Assembly (NCBI GenBank): GCA_045863295.1
Contig: BTWA01000002.1
Coordinates: 134,499 to 198,498 of the forward strand
Source: Candidatus Hydrogenedentota bacterium
Lineage (GTDB): Bacteria; Hydrogenedentota; Hydrogenedentia; Hydrogenedentales; SLHB01
Reading direction: 5' to 3'
Length of the DNA: 64,000 nt
This document shows, piece by piece, positions 47,899 through 57,741 of this stretch. Made by a program: the position numbers and the translations under genes. Under the pieces are notes generated by a model, which did no database searches, had not been told where the DNA came from, and saw only the letters and a program-made list of their open reading frames with translations. Numbering within the stretch: position 1 is the first letter of the stretch; the number at the start of each line of letters is the position of its first letter.

Positions 47899-50199
47899 CT
47901 ATTCGTCTTTCGCGGGATTGGAATCGGCCTCCGCGACGGGAGAAACGACCTCCACGCGTAACGGCTTCTCCGTGCTAAGGTGGACCGAACTTTGCGGAAA
48001 TGGAATCCCGATATTCGCTTCGGAAAGCATGTAACTGATGCGGTGGCGCAAATCGCTCTGTACCACCCGGGGATCCACGCCCGTGGCCAAGTCCACCCAG
48101 AAAAACGCTTCGAAAATGAGCGCGTTGTCTCCAAAATCCCGGAAAAGCACAACGGGCGCCGGATCCTCCTGAATGCGCCCATGTTCCTTGACCGCATCCA
48201 TGATTAGCTGGCCCACGTCGCGGGTCGGCGAACCGTATTCAACGCCAATGGAAATCGAGAACCTCACGCGCGTGTCTGAGTGCGTCCAGTTGACGACATT
48301 CTTCTCCAAGAAGTGGCTGTTTGGAATGAGCACATCCACGCCTGTGAACGTGCGCATCTGCGAGCACCGCGCCCCAACATTCACGATTCTTCCGTTGTGC
48401 CCGTCGACGTCGACGATGTCGTGAATCTTAATCGGCCGTTCGACCAGAAGAATCAGACCGCTGATAAAATTGTTTATCAGGTTCTGCGCACCGAAGCCGA
48501 CGCCGATGGCGAGCGCGCCGCCCAGGAACGTGAATACGGTAAGTGGAATCTGCACCACGAACAGCGCGTAATACACGACGATGACAATGAGGAGATAATA
48601 AAACCCCTTCGATATGCCGATGGCCGCGCCTTCTTCCACGTGCATGCGTTCAATCAAGAGCCGTCGTATCCAGCGCGTCAGGAAATGAACAACCACCATG
48701 CCCGCAATGAAGATCAACAGGGCAATGATAATCTTGCCCAACGTCAGCGGGTTGTCCTCCACGTTGGTGAGCGGATAATTCCACCACGTGACGACGTCTT
48801 CCTTAATAGACTTGTAGCGCTCCGCGAACGTCGCCGTATTCAAACGGCTGTCCAGTTCCTCGCGCAACCGGGCCACCAGTTGTTGCACTTCGAATACCCG
48901 GACGAGCGCTTCCGCGTACGTTTCCAACAGCGTCGTATACGACGCCTGCTTCTGTTTCGCAAATGCGTCGGATTCGGCACCGGTGGGCAGTCCCATCAAG
49001 GCGCTGCGCACGCCGGTCATTCCCGCGATGAACATCTGCCGGTCCTGCGCGACCTCCTCGTCCATGGCCGAAACTTGTTGGCGTGTCTCCCGGCTCGGCG
49101 CGCCTTCGGCGCGGCTAAGCAGCTTTTCCCGAATGCGCCACAATTGTTCTTCTTGGGAAAACGTGCGAGCCAGCCCCAGCCGGATTTCGTACACCCGTGC
49201 GGCATTGTCGGCGGTAATGCGCAATACGCCGACTTCGTCAATGAGAGATTTCAAGTCCGCTTCGGCCTGGCCCGAAGCGCGCGCTTCGTCCAGGCGAGTC
49301 TGCGCCTCTTTAGCCAACCGCTCTTCGCGATCTCGCGCAGTCGCGGCATCCTCCACTTTCTTCTCCGCCGCGGTCCGCTTTTCCGCCAGAGAGGCCAGCT
49401 TTTCATCCAGTTGTTTCTGATTGAAAACAGTATTGGATCGAGCCAGTTCCACTTTTTTCTGGCTGAACGCGCGCTCGGCATTAAGGGCTTCCAATTTTGC
49501 GGAATAGGCGTCCGAAGTGGCTTGAGCGAGATTAATGTTGGCCTGTTCCAACTCGATCTGACTTTGAACCAGACCGGCTTCCCAATCGTCGCGCGCCGTG
49601 CCCGTACCCGACCGGATGGCCGCTTGAATTGTTGCCGCGCGGCCCTGGGCCTCCGCCAACCGCTTTTTGTACCTGTCCACACTGTCGCGGCTGTACTGTA
49701 TCTGCTGCGTCGCGGTCTCAATCTCATATTCCTTGGTCGCCAGTGCCGCCAACTGTCCGTCCAGAAAGGCCACCGTATACGGCGGCGGCTCCGGAAATCC
49801 CGTGAAGGCCTCGAGGTCCCGCTCGGCCGCCTGCTTTTGTTCCTCGAATCGCGCCTTGCTTTGGACCGATTCCAATTGACGCTCCAGAACATAGACGTGT
49901 TCCTGAAGGATGGCGCCTTTGCGTTGCAGATCTTCCACAGGAACGCCCAATTGCGCGGCCCGCTCCGGCGTAGCGGCGTCCTGTGCCACCCGGAGCCGTT
50001 CGCGCAGCGATCCCAAAGACAACTCCAGGGAAGTTCTCGAATCGATCGCGGAGGCGTTGTCCGTGCTATTCTGTTGCGCGCCCGAAGGCAGGTGCACCAG
50101 CGCGCAAAATACGAGCGCCATCACGACCCGAGGTGCGTTGCGAACCGTGCCAGGCCAGGATGCGTTTGAGTTTCGAGTGCGATTTACGTGAGCCACCAT
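47899..50199 (-). CDS. MscS/MscK-like mechanosensitive channel
   Basis: Periplasmic coiled coil; GALAIGVGFGAQNLINNFISG, ERPIK, IPNS, IPFPQ. Confidence 0.92.
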   Translation of the reverse strand: MVAHVNRTRNSNASWPGTVRNAPRVVMALVFCALVHLPSGAQQNSTDNASAIDSRTSLELSLGSLRERLRVAQDAATPERAAQLGVPVEDLQRKGAILQEHVYVLERQLESVQSKARFEEQKQAAERDLEAFTGFPEPPPYTVAFLDGQLAALATKEYEIETATQQIQYSRDSVDRYKKRLAEAQGRAATIQAAIRSGTGTARDDWEAGLVQSQIELEQANINLAQATSDAYSAKLEALNAERAFSQKKVELARSNTVFNQKQLDEKLASLAEKRTAAEKKVEDAATARDREERLAKEAQTRLDEARASGQAEADLKSLIDEVGVLRITADNAARVYEIRLGLARTFSQEEQLWRIREKLLSRAEGAPSRETRQQVSAMDEEVAQDRQMFIAGMTGVRSALMGLPTGAESDAFAKQKQASYTTLLETYAEALVRVFEVQQLVARLREELDSRLNTATFAERYKSIKEDVVTWWNYPLTNVEDNPLTLGKIIIALLIFIAGMVVVHFLTRWIRRLLIERMHVEEGAAIGISKGFYYLLIVIVVYYALFVVQIPLTVFTFLGGALAIGVGFGAQNLINNFISGLILLVERPIKIHDIVDVDGHNGRIVNVGARCSQMRTFTGVDVLIPNSHFLEKNVVNWTHSDTRVRFSISIGVEYGSPTRDVGQLIMDAVKEHGRIQEDPAPVVLFRDFGDNALIFEAFFWVDLATGVDPRVVQSDLRHRISYMLSEANIGIPFPQSSVHLSTEKPLRVEVVSPVAEADSNPAKDE

Positions 50200-50285
50200 A
50201 GTGCTGATGCTACGGCGATGATCCCCGTGCTGTCAATGCGGGAAGGCCCATCGCCACAACCGGACCGGGAGGTGACGGCAGAATC

Positions 50286-51398
50286 ATGAGCGATTCACCG
50301 GCCGCGCAGGCAATACCCAAGCATGTGCCCCGCATTCCAGGACAGGCGCCAGGCACAATCGATTCCGTGCCCGGTTCTCCCACTCCTACAATCCGGGTTT
50401 TCGCCTATAACGACAACGAGTTTGTCGAGGAAACAATTAGCGATGTCTGCCAGTTGGCCAGCTATTTGGCGGAATGGCGGGTGACCTGGGTCCACGTGGA
50501 TGGCCTGGGCGACAAAATCGTGCTGCAACAGTTGGGCACGCTCTTCGAAATGCACCGGCTTGCGCTGGAAGACGTGGTGCACGGCCAGAGCAGGCCCAAG
50601 GTCGAAGTCTACGGTGACCATGAATTCATCGTCGTCCGAATGCCGATACGCGGCGAAGTCCTCCAGACGTCGCAACTCAGCATTGTGCTCGGTCCAAACT
50701 ACGTAGTGACTTTTCAGGCCGTGGCAACGTCCTGTTTGGAGCCGGTGCGCGAACGCGCTCGGAAGGAATCCGCGGTGCGTCTGCGGCAAGGTGGCCCGGA
50801 CTATCTCGCATACTGTCTGCTTGACGCGGCCATCGATCACTATTTCCCATTCCTGGAGGAATACAACGATCGCATCGACGAATTGGAGGACGAGGCGCTC
50901 ACCCATGCCAACCGGGAATTCGTAACGCACGTGCACGATTTGCGCCGCAACCTGCTTACCGTGCGGCGCGCCATGTGGCCCATGCGCGAAGTTATCAACA
51001 CGATGATTCGCGATCTTCGCATTCCGTTGAGCGACGAAACCCGATTGTACCTCCGCGACTGCTACGACCACACGCACGAAATCCTCGACAGCGTCGAGTC
51101 CTACAGAGAAATCACATCCGGCCTGCTCGACATCTATTTGTCCAGCGTGAATTACCGGCTCAACGAAGTCATGCGCGTGTTGACCGTATTCGCAACGATC
51201 TTTATTCCGCTGACGTTCATCACTGGTCTTTATGGCATGAATTTTCACACCGAAGATTCGCCCTACAACATGCCGGAATTAAGCTGGCGATATGGCTATC
51301 CATTCGCGCTGACGATAATGGCGGTAACCGCGGGCAGCCTGCTGTACTTCTTCTGGCGCAAGGGATGGCTTGGAAAGTCTAACGACAAGGATCGGTGA
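50286..51398 (+). CDS. corA: Magnesium/cobalt transporter CorA
   Basis: LEDV..RPK, FIPLTFITGLYGMNF, MPEL. Confidence 0.95.
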   Translation: MSDSPAAQAIPKHVPRIPGQAPGTIDSVPGSPTPTIRVFAYNDNEFVEETISDVCQLASYLAEWRVTWVHVDGLGDKIVLQQLGTLFEMHRLALEDVVHGQSRPKVEVYGDHEFIVVRMPIRGEVLQTSQLSIVLGPNYVVTFQAVATSCLEPVRERARKESAVRLRQGGPDYLAYCLLDAAIDHYFPFLEEYNDRIDELEDEALTHANREFVTHVHDLRRNLLTVRRAMWPMREVINTMIRDLRIPLSDETRLYLRDCYDHTHEILDSVESYREITSGLLDIYLSSVNYRLNEVMRVLTVFATIFIPLTFITGLYGMNFHTEDSPYNMPELSWRYGYPFALTIMAVTAGSLLYFFWRKGWLGKSNDKDR

Positions 51399-51471
51399 AC
51401 GTTTCGTCCAAAGTGAAACAAGACGCCCCCGCACCGGTGGCGGCGCGGGGGCCCTGGTCACGACACTGAAA

Positions 51472-52203
51472 TCAATTGGCTTCCGGCGCCGGCTTTGCAT
51501 CTGGAGGCGGCGGGGGCGGCGCGGCGCCGGGCCCGGGCACCATGGGCGGTCTTGGCGCGTGCGGGTTGTTGGGATCATCGCCGTCGGGCCGTTGCCGCAT
51601 GTTGCCGTCCCAGCGGCGTTCCGAATCGCCGTCGCGCGGGCCGGTGATCCGGCTTTCGCGGGCCTTCTCGATGAGGCGGCGTAAATTGCTTTCAAACTCC
51701 TGCAGAAACACATAGAGCTGCGCTTGCTGCGCCGTGTTCAGACCTTCGGCCATCAGCGTGAACGACTCATACCGCATTTCCGTGAGGCGCTTGTCGTTTT
51801 CCATCACCACATTCAGGCGTTCCTGAATGGTCGCATCCGGAAGCTTCTGCTCCAACGCCTCGCGCAACGCTTTGTGCGCTGCATAACGGGTCTCAAATTG
51901 CTTGCGATACTTTTCGCGCTCTTCATTGAACCGCCGCACAAACACAACCGTCTGATCATCCGTCAATTCAAGTTGTTTGGAAGCGCGCACCAGCATCACC
52001 GTATCGATTAATTCGCGTACGTCTTTGTCGCCCCAATCCGGGCGGTGCCCGTCGTAACCGCGAGGGCCGCGATCGGGCCGGGAGTCTTCCGGCTTTCCCT
52101 GGGGCGCATCGCCGCCTTCCGGCGGTTGGGCGCAAGCCCAGCCGGTCGCCGCAATAACGGCGATAGCCATGGCTAGTATTCGAGTAGGCATTTTCATGTA
52201 CAC
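51472..52203 (-). CDS. Periplasmic helical protein (Spy/CpxP-like), third gene of the ECF operon
   Basis: Signal peptide, LELTDDQ and LNTAQQ motifs, Pro-rich tail. Confidence 0.65.
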   Translation of the reverse strand: MYMKMPTRILAMAIAVIAATGWACAQPPEGGDAPQGKPEDSRPDRGPRGYDGHRPDWGDKDVRELIDTVMLVRASKQLELTDDQTVVFVRRFNEEREKYRKQFETRYAAHKALREALEQKLPDATIQERLNVVMENDKRLTEMRYESFTLMAEGLNTAQQAQLYVFLQEFESNLRRLIEKARESRITGPRDGDSERRWDGNMRQRPDGDDPNNPHAPRPPMVPGPGAAPPPPPPDAKPAPEAN

Positions 52204-52204
52204 A

Positions 52205-52852
52205 TTATCCCTCTTGCGTCTCAGTCAACAACGCATCGTACAATTGAGACGCCTCTTCGTCATTGAGGCTGTCCAAATCCGGCAGTGTGCCGCCGTAACC
52301 GAGATCGGCGGCCGTCGCAAAACTGGCATCCAAATCGGCCACGTAGGCCAGCTCATCCGCTGAAGGTACGGCCTCCGGCTCGGCGGCCGTATTCATTGCA
52401 AGGTGAAGCGGCAAAGTCTGAATTTCAGTCGATGCTTCGGGCAATTCCCGCGAAAGTTCCGACAGCAGGGCATCCAACTCCTGATCCGACATCGACGACA
52501 TTTCCAACACAAGCCGGTCATTCGCCGAAGGAGCCGGCGCGGGCTGCATCCGGTAAGTCTGGAAACCAATTGTCACCGCCGCCGCCGTGGCGAATACCGG
52601 GGCCAGCAACCGCCACACGCGAAAACGCGGCGCAGGCCGCGCCTCGCGAACATGGGCCATCACCCGCGTGGAAAACGCAGCATCCGCCTCCGCGCGTGGC
52701 AACGCGCGAAGCGATTCCGACAACGCCGTATATTCGCGGTACCGCCGGAATGCCTCCGGATGCTTTTCCAGCATGCCCCGAACGGCTTCCGCGTCGTCGG
52801 ATTCGCCGTCCAGGTAGGCCGAAAGCAATTCCTGAAGTTTCTTGTCATTCAT
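52205..52852 (-). CDS. Anti-sigma factor (RseA-like)
   Basis: ELLSAYLDGE, single TM; ATGA overlap with the sigma gene. Confidence 0.85.
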   Translation of the reverse strand: MNDKKLQELLSAYLDGESDDAEAVRGMLEKHPEAFRRYREYTALSESLRALPRAEADAAFSTRVMAHVREARPAPRFRVWRLLAPVFATAAAVTIGFQTYRMQPAPAPSANDRLVLEMSSMSDQELDALLSELSRELPEASTEIQTLPLHLAMNTAAEPEAVPSADELAYVADLDASFATAADLGYGGTLPDLDSLNDEEASQLYDALLTETQEG

Positions 52853-53427
52853 GGCAGTTCCCCTCCCATCTCCAGCAGGCGAATTCGAAGCTGTTCGCGT
52901 GCGCGGGCGAGCCGGCTCTTGACCGTACCCTTCCGGCACCCCACGATTCCAGCCACGGCTTCGTAGTCCATGCCGTGCAGTTCCCTCAGTACAAGAACTT
53001 CACGGTGTTCCGGCGTCAGTTGGGCCAACGCGCTCTGAATCAGCGCTTCAAGCTCACGTAAGTGAGTGGCCCTGTCCGGACGGTACGCCTCGTCGGCAAC
53101 GAGACGCTCCGTGTCATCATCCCGCACGAGAGATTGAAGGCGATCGCGTCCCCGACGTCGCTGATCGCGCAGGAAGTTCAACGTTAAATTGCGTGCCATG
53201 CCAAACAACACCGTGGAAAACTTGGCCTGGGGATGAAGCCGGTCCAAATACCGGTACACCCGTACAAAGCTCTCTTGGGCGATGTCCTGGGCATCTTCTT
53301 GCGACCCGACCATGCGCTGGCAAAAATTCACCAGCGGATGCTCGTATCGCTTCACCAACGCCTCGAAGGCGTTCAAGTCGCCCCCTTGAGCCCTGGCGAT
53401 GAGATCCCAATCGGAATCATGACTCAT
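52849..53427 (-). CDS. ECF RNA polymerase sigma factor (RpoE-like)
   Basis: GDLNAFEALV, AQDIAQESF, REVLVLRE..YEAVA..GTVKSRLARAR. Confidence 0.93.
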   Translation of the reverse strand: MSHDSDWDLIARAQGGDLNAFEALVKRYEHPLVNFCQRMVGSQEDAQDIAQESFVRVYRYLDRLHPQAKFSTVLFGMARNLTLNFLRDQRRRGRDRLQSLVRDDDTERLVADEAYRPDRATHLRELEALIQSALAQLTPEHREVLVLRELHGMDYEAVAGIVGCRKGTVKSRLARAREQLRIRLLEMGGELP

Positions 53428-53700
53428 GGCGGGCAACGCTTTCACATGAGGTTGAACACCAGCGCCGGGTGCGGGTTCCGCCAAAGGGAATCTTGCGGAT
53501 AAATATCGTGTAAGTCATTGTAAAGTAATGTTTTATTGATGTGTAGCCGCAAGGCACGGATTCGAGTCCGACGGAGCCACTTTTCTGTTTCTGTACCGGG
53601 CACATACCCTATACTACTCCGGCGGACGTTTGCGAGATACTCAGACTCACCAAGTCCAAATCCCTTTGCTCCAAGGTCGCAGACGCTTAGGATGAGCATT

Positions 53701-54393
53701 ATGTTCAAACTCGGTACGGCACTCTTACTCGGAATTGCCTGGGCGCTGCCGGCGGACCTGGCCGCACCGTTCCCAAACATCGAAGTTGCTCCGAAAGACG
53801 AGGGGCCGGCGGACAAATCGTTTGCCGCATTTCGAGATTCGTTAAGCAAGGTTATCGACAAGCGCAACGTGGACGAATTGCTCAAGGCGGTCGATCCGGA
53901 TATCAAGTGCGGGTTTGGTGGCGACGATGGCGTAATTGCCTTCGTACAAACCTGGGAACTGAAGACGGAACCCGCCAAATCCAGGATATGGCAGGAATTG
54001 CGCGAAGTGCTTCGGCTCGGCGGCGCATTCATGGATTTCGACGGCGACAAACTCTTCATCGCACCCTATACCCACACCGAATTCCCCGGCGAATTGGAAC
54101 CTTACGAGTTTGGGCTGGTGACGGGCGCGGGCGTGCGGATAAGGAGCGAACCCGGTTCAAAGTCGAAAGAAGTCGCCAAAGTCTCATACGCCGCCGTACG
54201 TTTCCTGGACGATGCCGAGCCCAAAGAGGAATCCATCGGCGACGAAACATTTCCATGGCGAAAGGTCGCACTGGCAGACGGTACGCAAGGCTACATCTGG
54301 GGCAAGTACGTGCGAAGTCCAATCGACTTTCGCGCGGGCTTCAGTAAAAAATCTGGCGAGTGGAGAATGACTTTTTTTGTGGCAGGCGATTGA
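53701..54393 (+). CDS. Secreted SH3b-domain protein
   Basis: Signal peptide; VRIRSEP..WRKV..GYIWGKYV; SPIDFRA..FFVAGD. Confidence 0.8.
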   Translation: MFKLGTALLLGIAWALPADLAAPFPNIEVAPKDEGPADKSFAAFRDSLSKVIDKRNVDELLKAVDPDIKCGFGGDDGVIAFVQTWELKTEPAKSRIWQELREVLRLGGAFMDFDGDKLFIAPYTHTEFPGELEPYEFGLVTGAGVRIRSEPGSKSKEVAKVSYAAVRFLDDAEPKEESIGDETFPWRKVALADGTQGYIWGKYVRSPIDFRAGFSKKSGEWRMTFFVAGD

Positions 54394-54486
54394 CTGAATG
54401 ACACCCGGAAATTGCGCGGATTCACGAGCAAGCGTCGAATTTCAGCGCACGGCTCTTCCGAATACGATTTTTGAAAGGCAACCCCG

Positions 54487-56292
54487 TTAACTCTTCGGAT
54501 TAAGACTCACCACACTGGGCCGGTGCGTGCCTTCGCTGGGTTCGCTGGCCGGGCCGCTCGGGCCCATGCCCACTTCCGTTTGTGCCAGCAATTCACCAAA
54601 ATACGCTTCGTTCGAGAACCGCAGCAACAGGTGCCTGTGGCACACGTTGCATTGGAATTCGTACCCCGGTTCCACGTTTTCCGGCAACCGGATGTAGGTG
54701 CTGCAGAACGGACACGCCACGCTCTTGGCGTCCTTCTCGTGGTAGTTCTGAAGAATTCGATCGATGCGCCCTTCGTCGCACGCCTTGACAAATGCGTCCA
54801 CGATCAACGGATCGAACTGGGTTCCCTTGCCTTTGATGATTTCTTCGCGCGCGACTTCCAGCGGTAGCCCCTTGCGGTACGGGCGATTGCTCGTCATCGC
54901 GTCCAGCGTATCCGCCACCGCGAGCAGCCGCCCTTCCAGGGGAATGTCTTCGCCCGAAAGGCCGTAGGGATATCCTTTGCCGTCGAACCGTTCATGATGG
55001 TAGAGCGCGTACGGAATCAGCGGAATGAGGAAATCGATGTCCTGCATCAGGCGGGCGCCGCGTTCCGGGTGCACCTGCATCTTCTGATACTCTTCATCGG
55101 TGAGCTTGCCTGCTTTGCGCAGAATGGCGTCGTCGATCGAGATTTTGCCGACGTCGTGCAACACGCCGCCCATCTCGCATTCTTTCATCTTTTCGTCAGA
55201 CCAACCGAGAGACCGGGCGATTTCCAGACCAAAATTGGTCACGCGCCACGTATGACCGACGGTATAGTGATCGCGAAGTTCAACGGCGTTCGCCAGGGCA
55301 ACCAGCGTGTCCTGATACGCCTTTTCCAGTTTCGCGAGATACTGCGCGTTGCGGATGGCCGTGGCCGCGCCCTGCGAAATCGCCACAAGTAACTCGAGAT
55401 CCTTTTGCGAGAACGCGTGCGCCGTGCCCCGCGTATCCACATATATCACGCCCAGCGTCTCGTTCTGATGCTGTAGCGGCGTGCACATCGCGGATGTGAT
55501 GTTTTGCGCGATGATGCTCATGCCGGCCTCGAACCGATCATCGCCGGCCGCGTTAAACGTAATGACGCCTTCACCGCCCTCATACGCGCGCCGCACGATG
55601 GTCGAGCTAATCACGAACGTGGAATCGCCCTTGCCGGATTTCACGAATTCCGTGACCAGTTCGTTGGAATGATCGTCTTTCAAAAGTATCGCGCCGTTGT
55701 GGGCCTTGACCAGAGGGAAGATCTGCTCCATCACTCGGGCGAACAGTTTCGAAATATCGCGCTCGCTGGAGATGATCTGGTTGGCTTCGTACACCGCCGC
55801 CAACCGACGCTGTGCATCCCGAAGATCGTCCGAAGTGACGGCCTGCGAAGGCGCCTCGATAAACGTGCGATAGATGTTCTCGGCCGACTTCGCTTCCACC
55901 AGACTCGAGTCGTCGTTCTCGAACTGAACCGGCTTCGACATCGCAATCGTCTGATTGCCCACCGTTTGGATAGGCCGCGGCGTGGTTGCCGAAGGCGCCT
56001 GGTCTTCCATTTCGAATTGGAGATCCATGGGCCCGATTCGAATTATATCCCCGCCCGAAAGCCGGTATTCAAGAATGCGGCGTGTTCCAATAAACGTGCC
56101 GTTGCCGCTACCGAGATCCCGAATCATGGTGCCGGATTGGGTCCGTTGGATTACCGCGTGCTTGCGGGAAATCTGCAGGTCGTTGAGCTGAAGGCCATTT
56201 TCCGGGCTGCGCCCAATGGTCAGCGAACCAACGATGTCGTAGACCCGCCCTTGAAGGGGGCCGTTCAACACCCGGATATGTTCGCGTTTCAT
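54487..56292 (-). CDS. FHA-GAF-HD-GYP cyclic-dinucleotide phosphodiesterase with C-terminal Zn-ribbon
   Basis: IGRS..SRKHA..SGNGT (FHA); GAF; LHDVGK, HHERFDGKGYP; CPFC..CNVC. Confidence 0.9.
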   Translation of the reverse strand: MKREHIRVLNGPLQGRVYDIVGSLTIGRSPENGLQLNDLQISRKHAVIQRTQSGTMIRDLGSGNGTFIGTRRILEYRLSGGDIIRIGPMDLQFEMEDQAPSATTPRPIQTVGNQTIAMSKPVQFENDDSSLVEAKSAENIYRTFIEAPSQAVTSDDLRDAQRRLAAVYEANQIISSERDISKLFARVMEQIFPLVKAHNGAILLKDDHSNELVTEFVKSGKGDSTFVISSTIVRRAYEGGEGVITFNAAGDDRFEAGMSIIAQNITSAMCTPLQHQNETLGVIYVDTRGTAHAFSQKDLELLVAISQGAATAIRNAQYLAKLEKAYQDTLVALANAVELRDHYTVGHTWRVTNFGLEIARSLGWSDEKMKECEMGGVLHDVGKISIDDAILRKAGKLTDEEYQKMQVHPERGARLMQDIDFLIPLIPYALYHHERFDGKGYPYGLSGEDIPLEGRLLAVADTLDAMTSNRPYRKGLPLEVAREEIIKGKGTQFDPLIVDAFVKACDEGRIDRILQNYHEKDAKSVACPFCSTYIRLPENVEPGYEFQCNVCHRHLLLRFSNEAYFGELLAQTEVGMGPSGPASEPSEGTHRPSVVSLNPKS

Positions 56293-56429
56293 AGTCGGGG
56301 AGCCTCGATGATTCTGCGGAACCCGCTGATTTTCTTAGATTTGACCCCTCTTTATACCACAGGGGCAAGTTTCTTGCCAAGAATCTCTCCCCGTCCATTT
56401 TTCGATCAATCCGCGCCGCCTCCAGTCCG

Positions 56430-56509
56430 ACACCACATTTTGTGGCCAAACCAAACCAAAAACCCTATAAATTGTTGCATGTGCCTTGACACTACACAAT
56501 ACCTAGGAT
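56430..56509. promoter_or_regulatory. Three NrdR-box-like 16-bp palindromes at 32-bp spacing
   Basis: ACACCACATTTTGTGG (56430), ACCCTATAAATTGTTG (56462), ACACAATACCTAGGAT (56494). Confidence 0.55.
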
Positions 56510-56514
56510 ACAAT
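56486..56514 (+). promoter_or_regulatory. sigma70-type promoter of the polysaccharide-export operon
   Basis: TTGACA-17 bp-TACAAT. Confidence 0.8.
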
Positions 56515-56688
56515 GCCTCTCGATACTACCAGAAGATGGGGCTGTTTGGCGGTACCGGCTCTTGCCGCGTGCGGATCAGGGTTTTTCGCGATTCGACGTG
56601 ACAAGTGCCGTTGCCGGGCATAATTCAGCTAGGGACAGGCTAACAAACGGCTGGGCACGGGCTCTGGGATACCCGGAGGAACGAGCAT

Positions 56689-57741
56689 ATGAACGAATCC
56701 ACAACGGTTCAAGACTTCTTCGGCCTGCGCGAACAGCCCTTTGCCGCGACGGCGGACCCCGCATACTTTTATGCCACGGCTACACACAGGGAATGCCTGT
56801 TTCGCCTCTGGAACTCCGTGGATGAACGCCACGGCATCGCGGTCGTTCTCGGCAACTACGGCACCGGAAAGACCACGCTGCTCCGGAAACTGCTCACCGC
56901 AATGCGGTCTGAGCCCAACCGGTATACGACCGGCGTAATCGCGTGTCCCATTCCGTCGTGGACCAGTTTTTCGCTGTTGGAAGCCATTTCGCGCCAATTC
57001 GGCTTGAAGCCCGGGCAGCAATCGTTCGTGTCTCATGTGGAAGCGCTCTACCGCCATCTCTATGCAAGCCGCAACCGTATCATGACCCTGGTGATCGACG
57101 ACGCCCAGAATCTGAACAAGCGGGGTCAGTTGGAACTGCTGCGCCTGGTGCAGAATCTGGAGACATCCCAGCACAAACTGCTCAATCTCGTGCTCTTTGC
57201 CCAAATGGAGTGGATTCCAGTCTTGCGGGCCGCGCCCAATTTCGAACAACGCATAAACATGACGTATGTGCTTGACGCGCTGTCTATTGAGGAAACCCGC
57301 GATTTGGTGGAATTCCGGATTCGGCAGGCGGGAGGCGGGGAGCGTGCGCCGTTGTTTGACGACAACGCAATTCAAGCTCTTCACGCCTATGCCGAAGGGA
57401 GCCCGCGAATCACCATCAATCTCTGCCGCAACGCGTTGTTGCTCGCGGCGCAATTACGCACCCGCCACATTGGCCATGGCGTAATTCTGCACACCATACA
57501 GAAGACGACGCTCCCCGACGAGCAGCGGCATCTGCGCGTTGTGGATGCACTCGGACTGCTGGAACCAGAACCCGCCACCGTCGATCCGCCCAGCACCGTC
57601 GTGAAGCTGCATGAGGAGGCTCCAATGCCCCGATCCGGACAGTCGCGCGCGAGCCAGTTGCTGCTGAAGGCCGCGCGTACGAATCCCACATGGAGTGCGT
57701 TAACAGGGACCCATGACGCAGGACGAGCACAACGCGCATAG
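56689..57741 (+). CDS. ExeA/GspA-family AAA ATPase
   Basis: FFGLREQPF..DP.YFY, GNYGTGKTT, LVIDDAQNL, QRI, GSPRITINLC. Confidence 0.9.
   Translation: MNESTTVQDFFGLREQPFAATADPAYFYATATHRECLFRLWNSVDERHGIAVVLGNYGTGKTTLLRKLLTAMRSEPNRYTTGVIACPIPSWTSFSLLEAISRQFGLKPGQQSFVSHVEALYRHLYASRNRIMTLVIDDAQNLNKRGQLELLRLVQNLETSQHKLLNLVLFAQMEWIPVLRAAPNFEQRINMTYVLDALSIEETRDLVEFRIRQAGGGERAPLFDDNAIQALHAYAEGSPRITINLCRNALLLAAQLRTRHIGHGVILHTIQKTTLPDEQRHLRVVDALGLLEPEPATVDPPSTVVKLHEEAPMPRSGQSRASQLLLKAARTNPTWSALTGTHDAGRAQRA

Noticed and set aside
53510..53536. Imperfect palindrome TAAGTCATTG..TAATGTTTTA (IHF- or recombinase-site-like; a similar site lies near 575-598)
   Set aside because: Degenerate match with no integrase nearby; it cannot be distinguished from an AT-rich promoter element.
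56548..56560. ops/JUMPstart-like GGCGGTAC in the EPS operon leader
   Set aside because: It mismatches GGCGGTAGnnTG, and no RfaH/NusG paralogue is in view.
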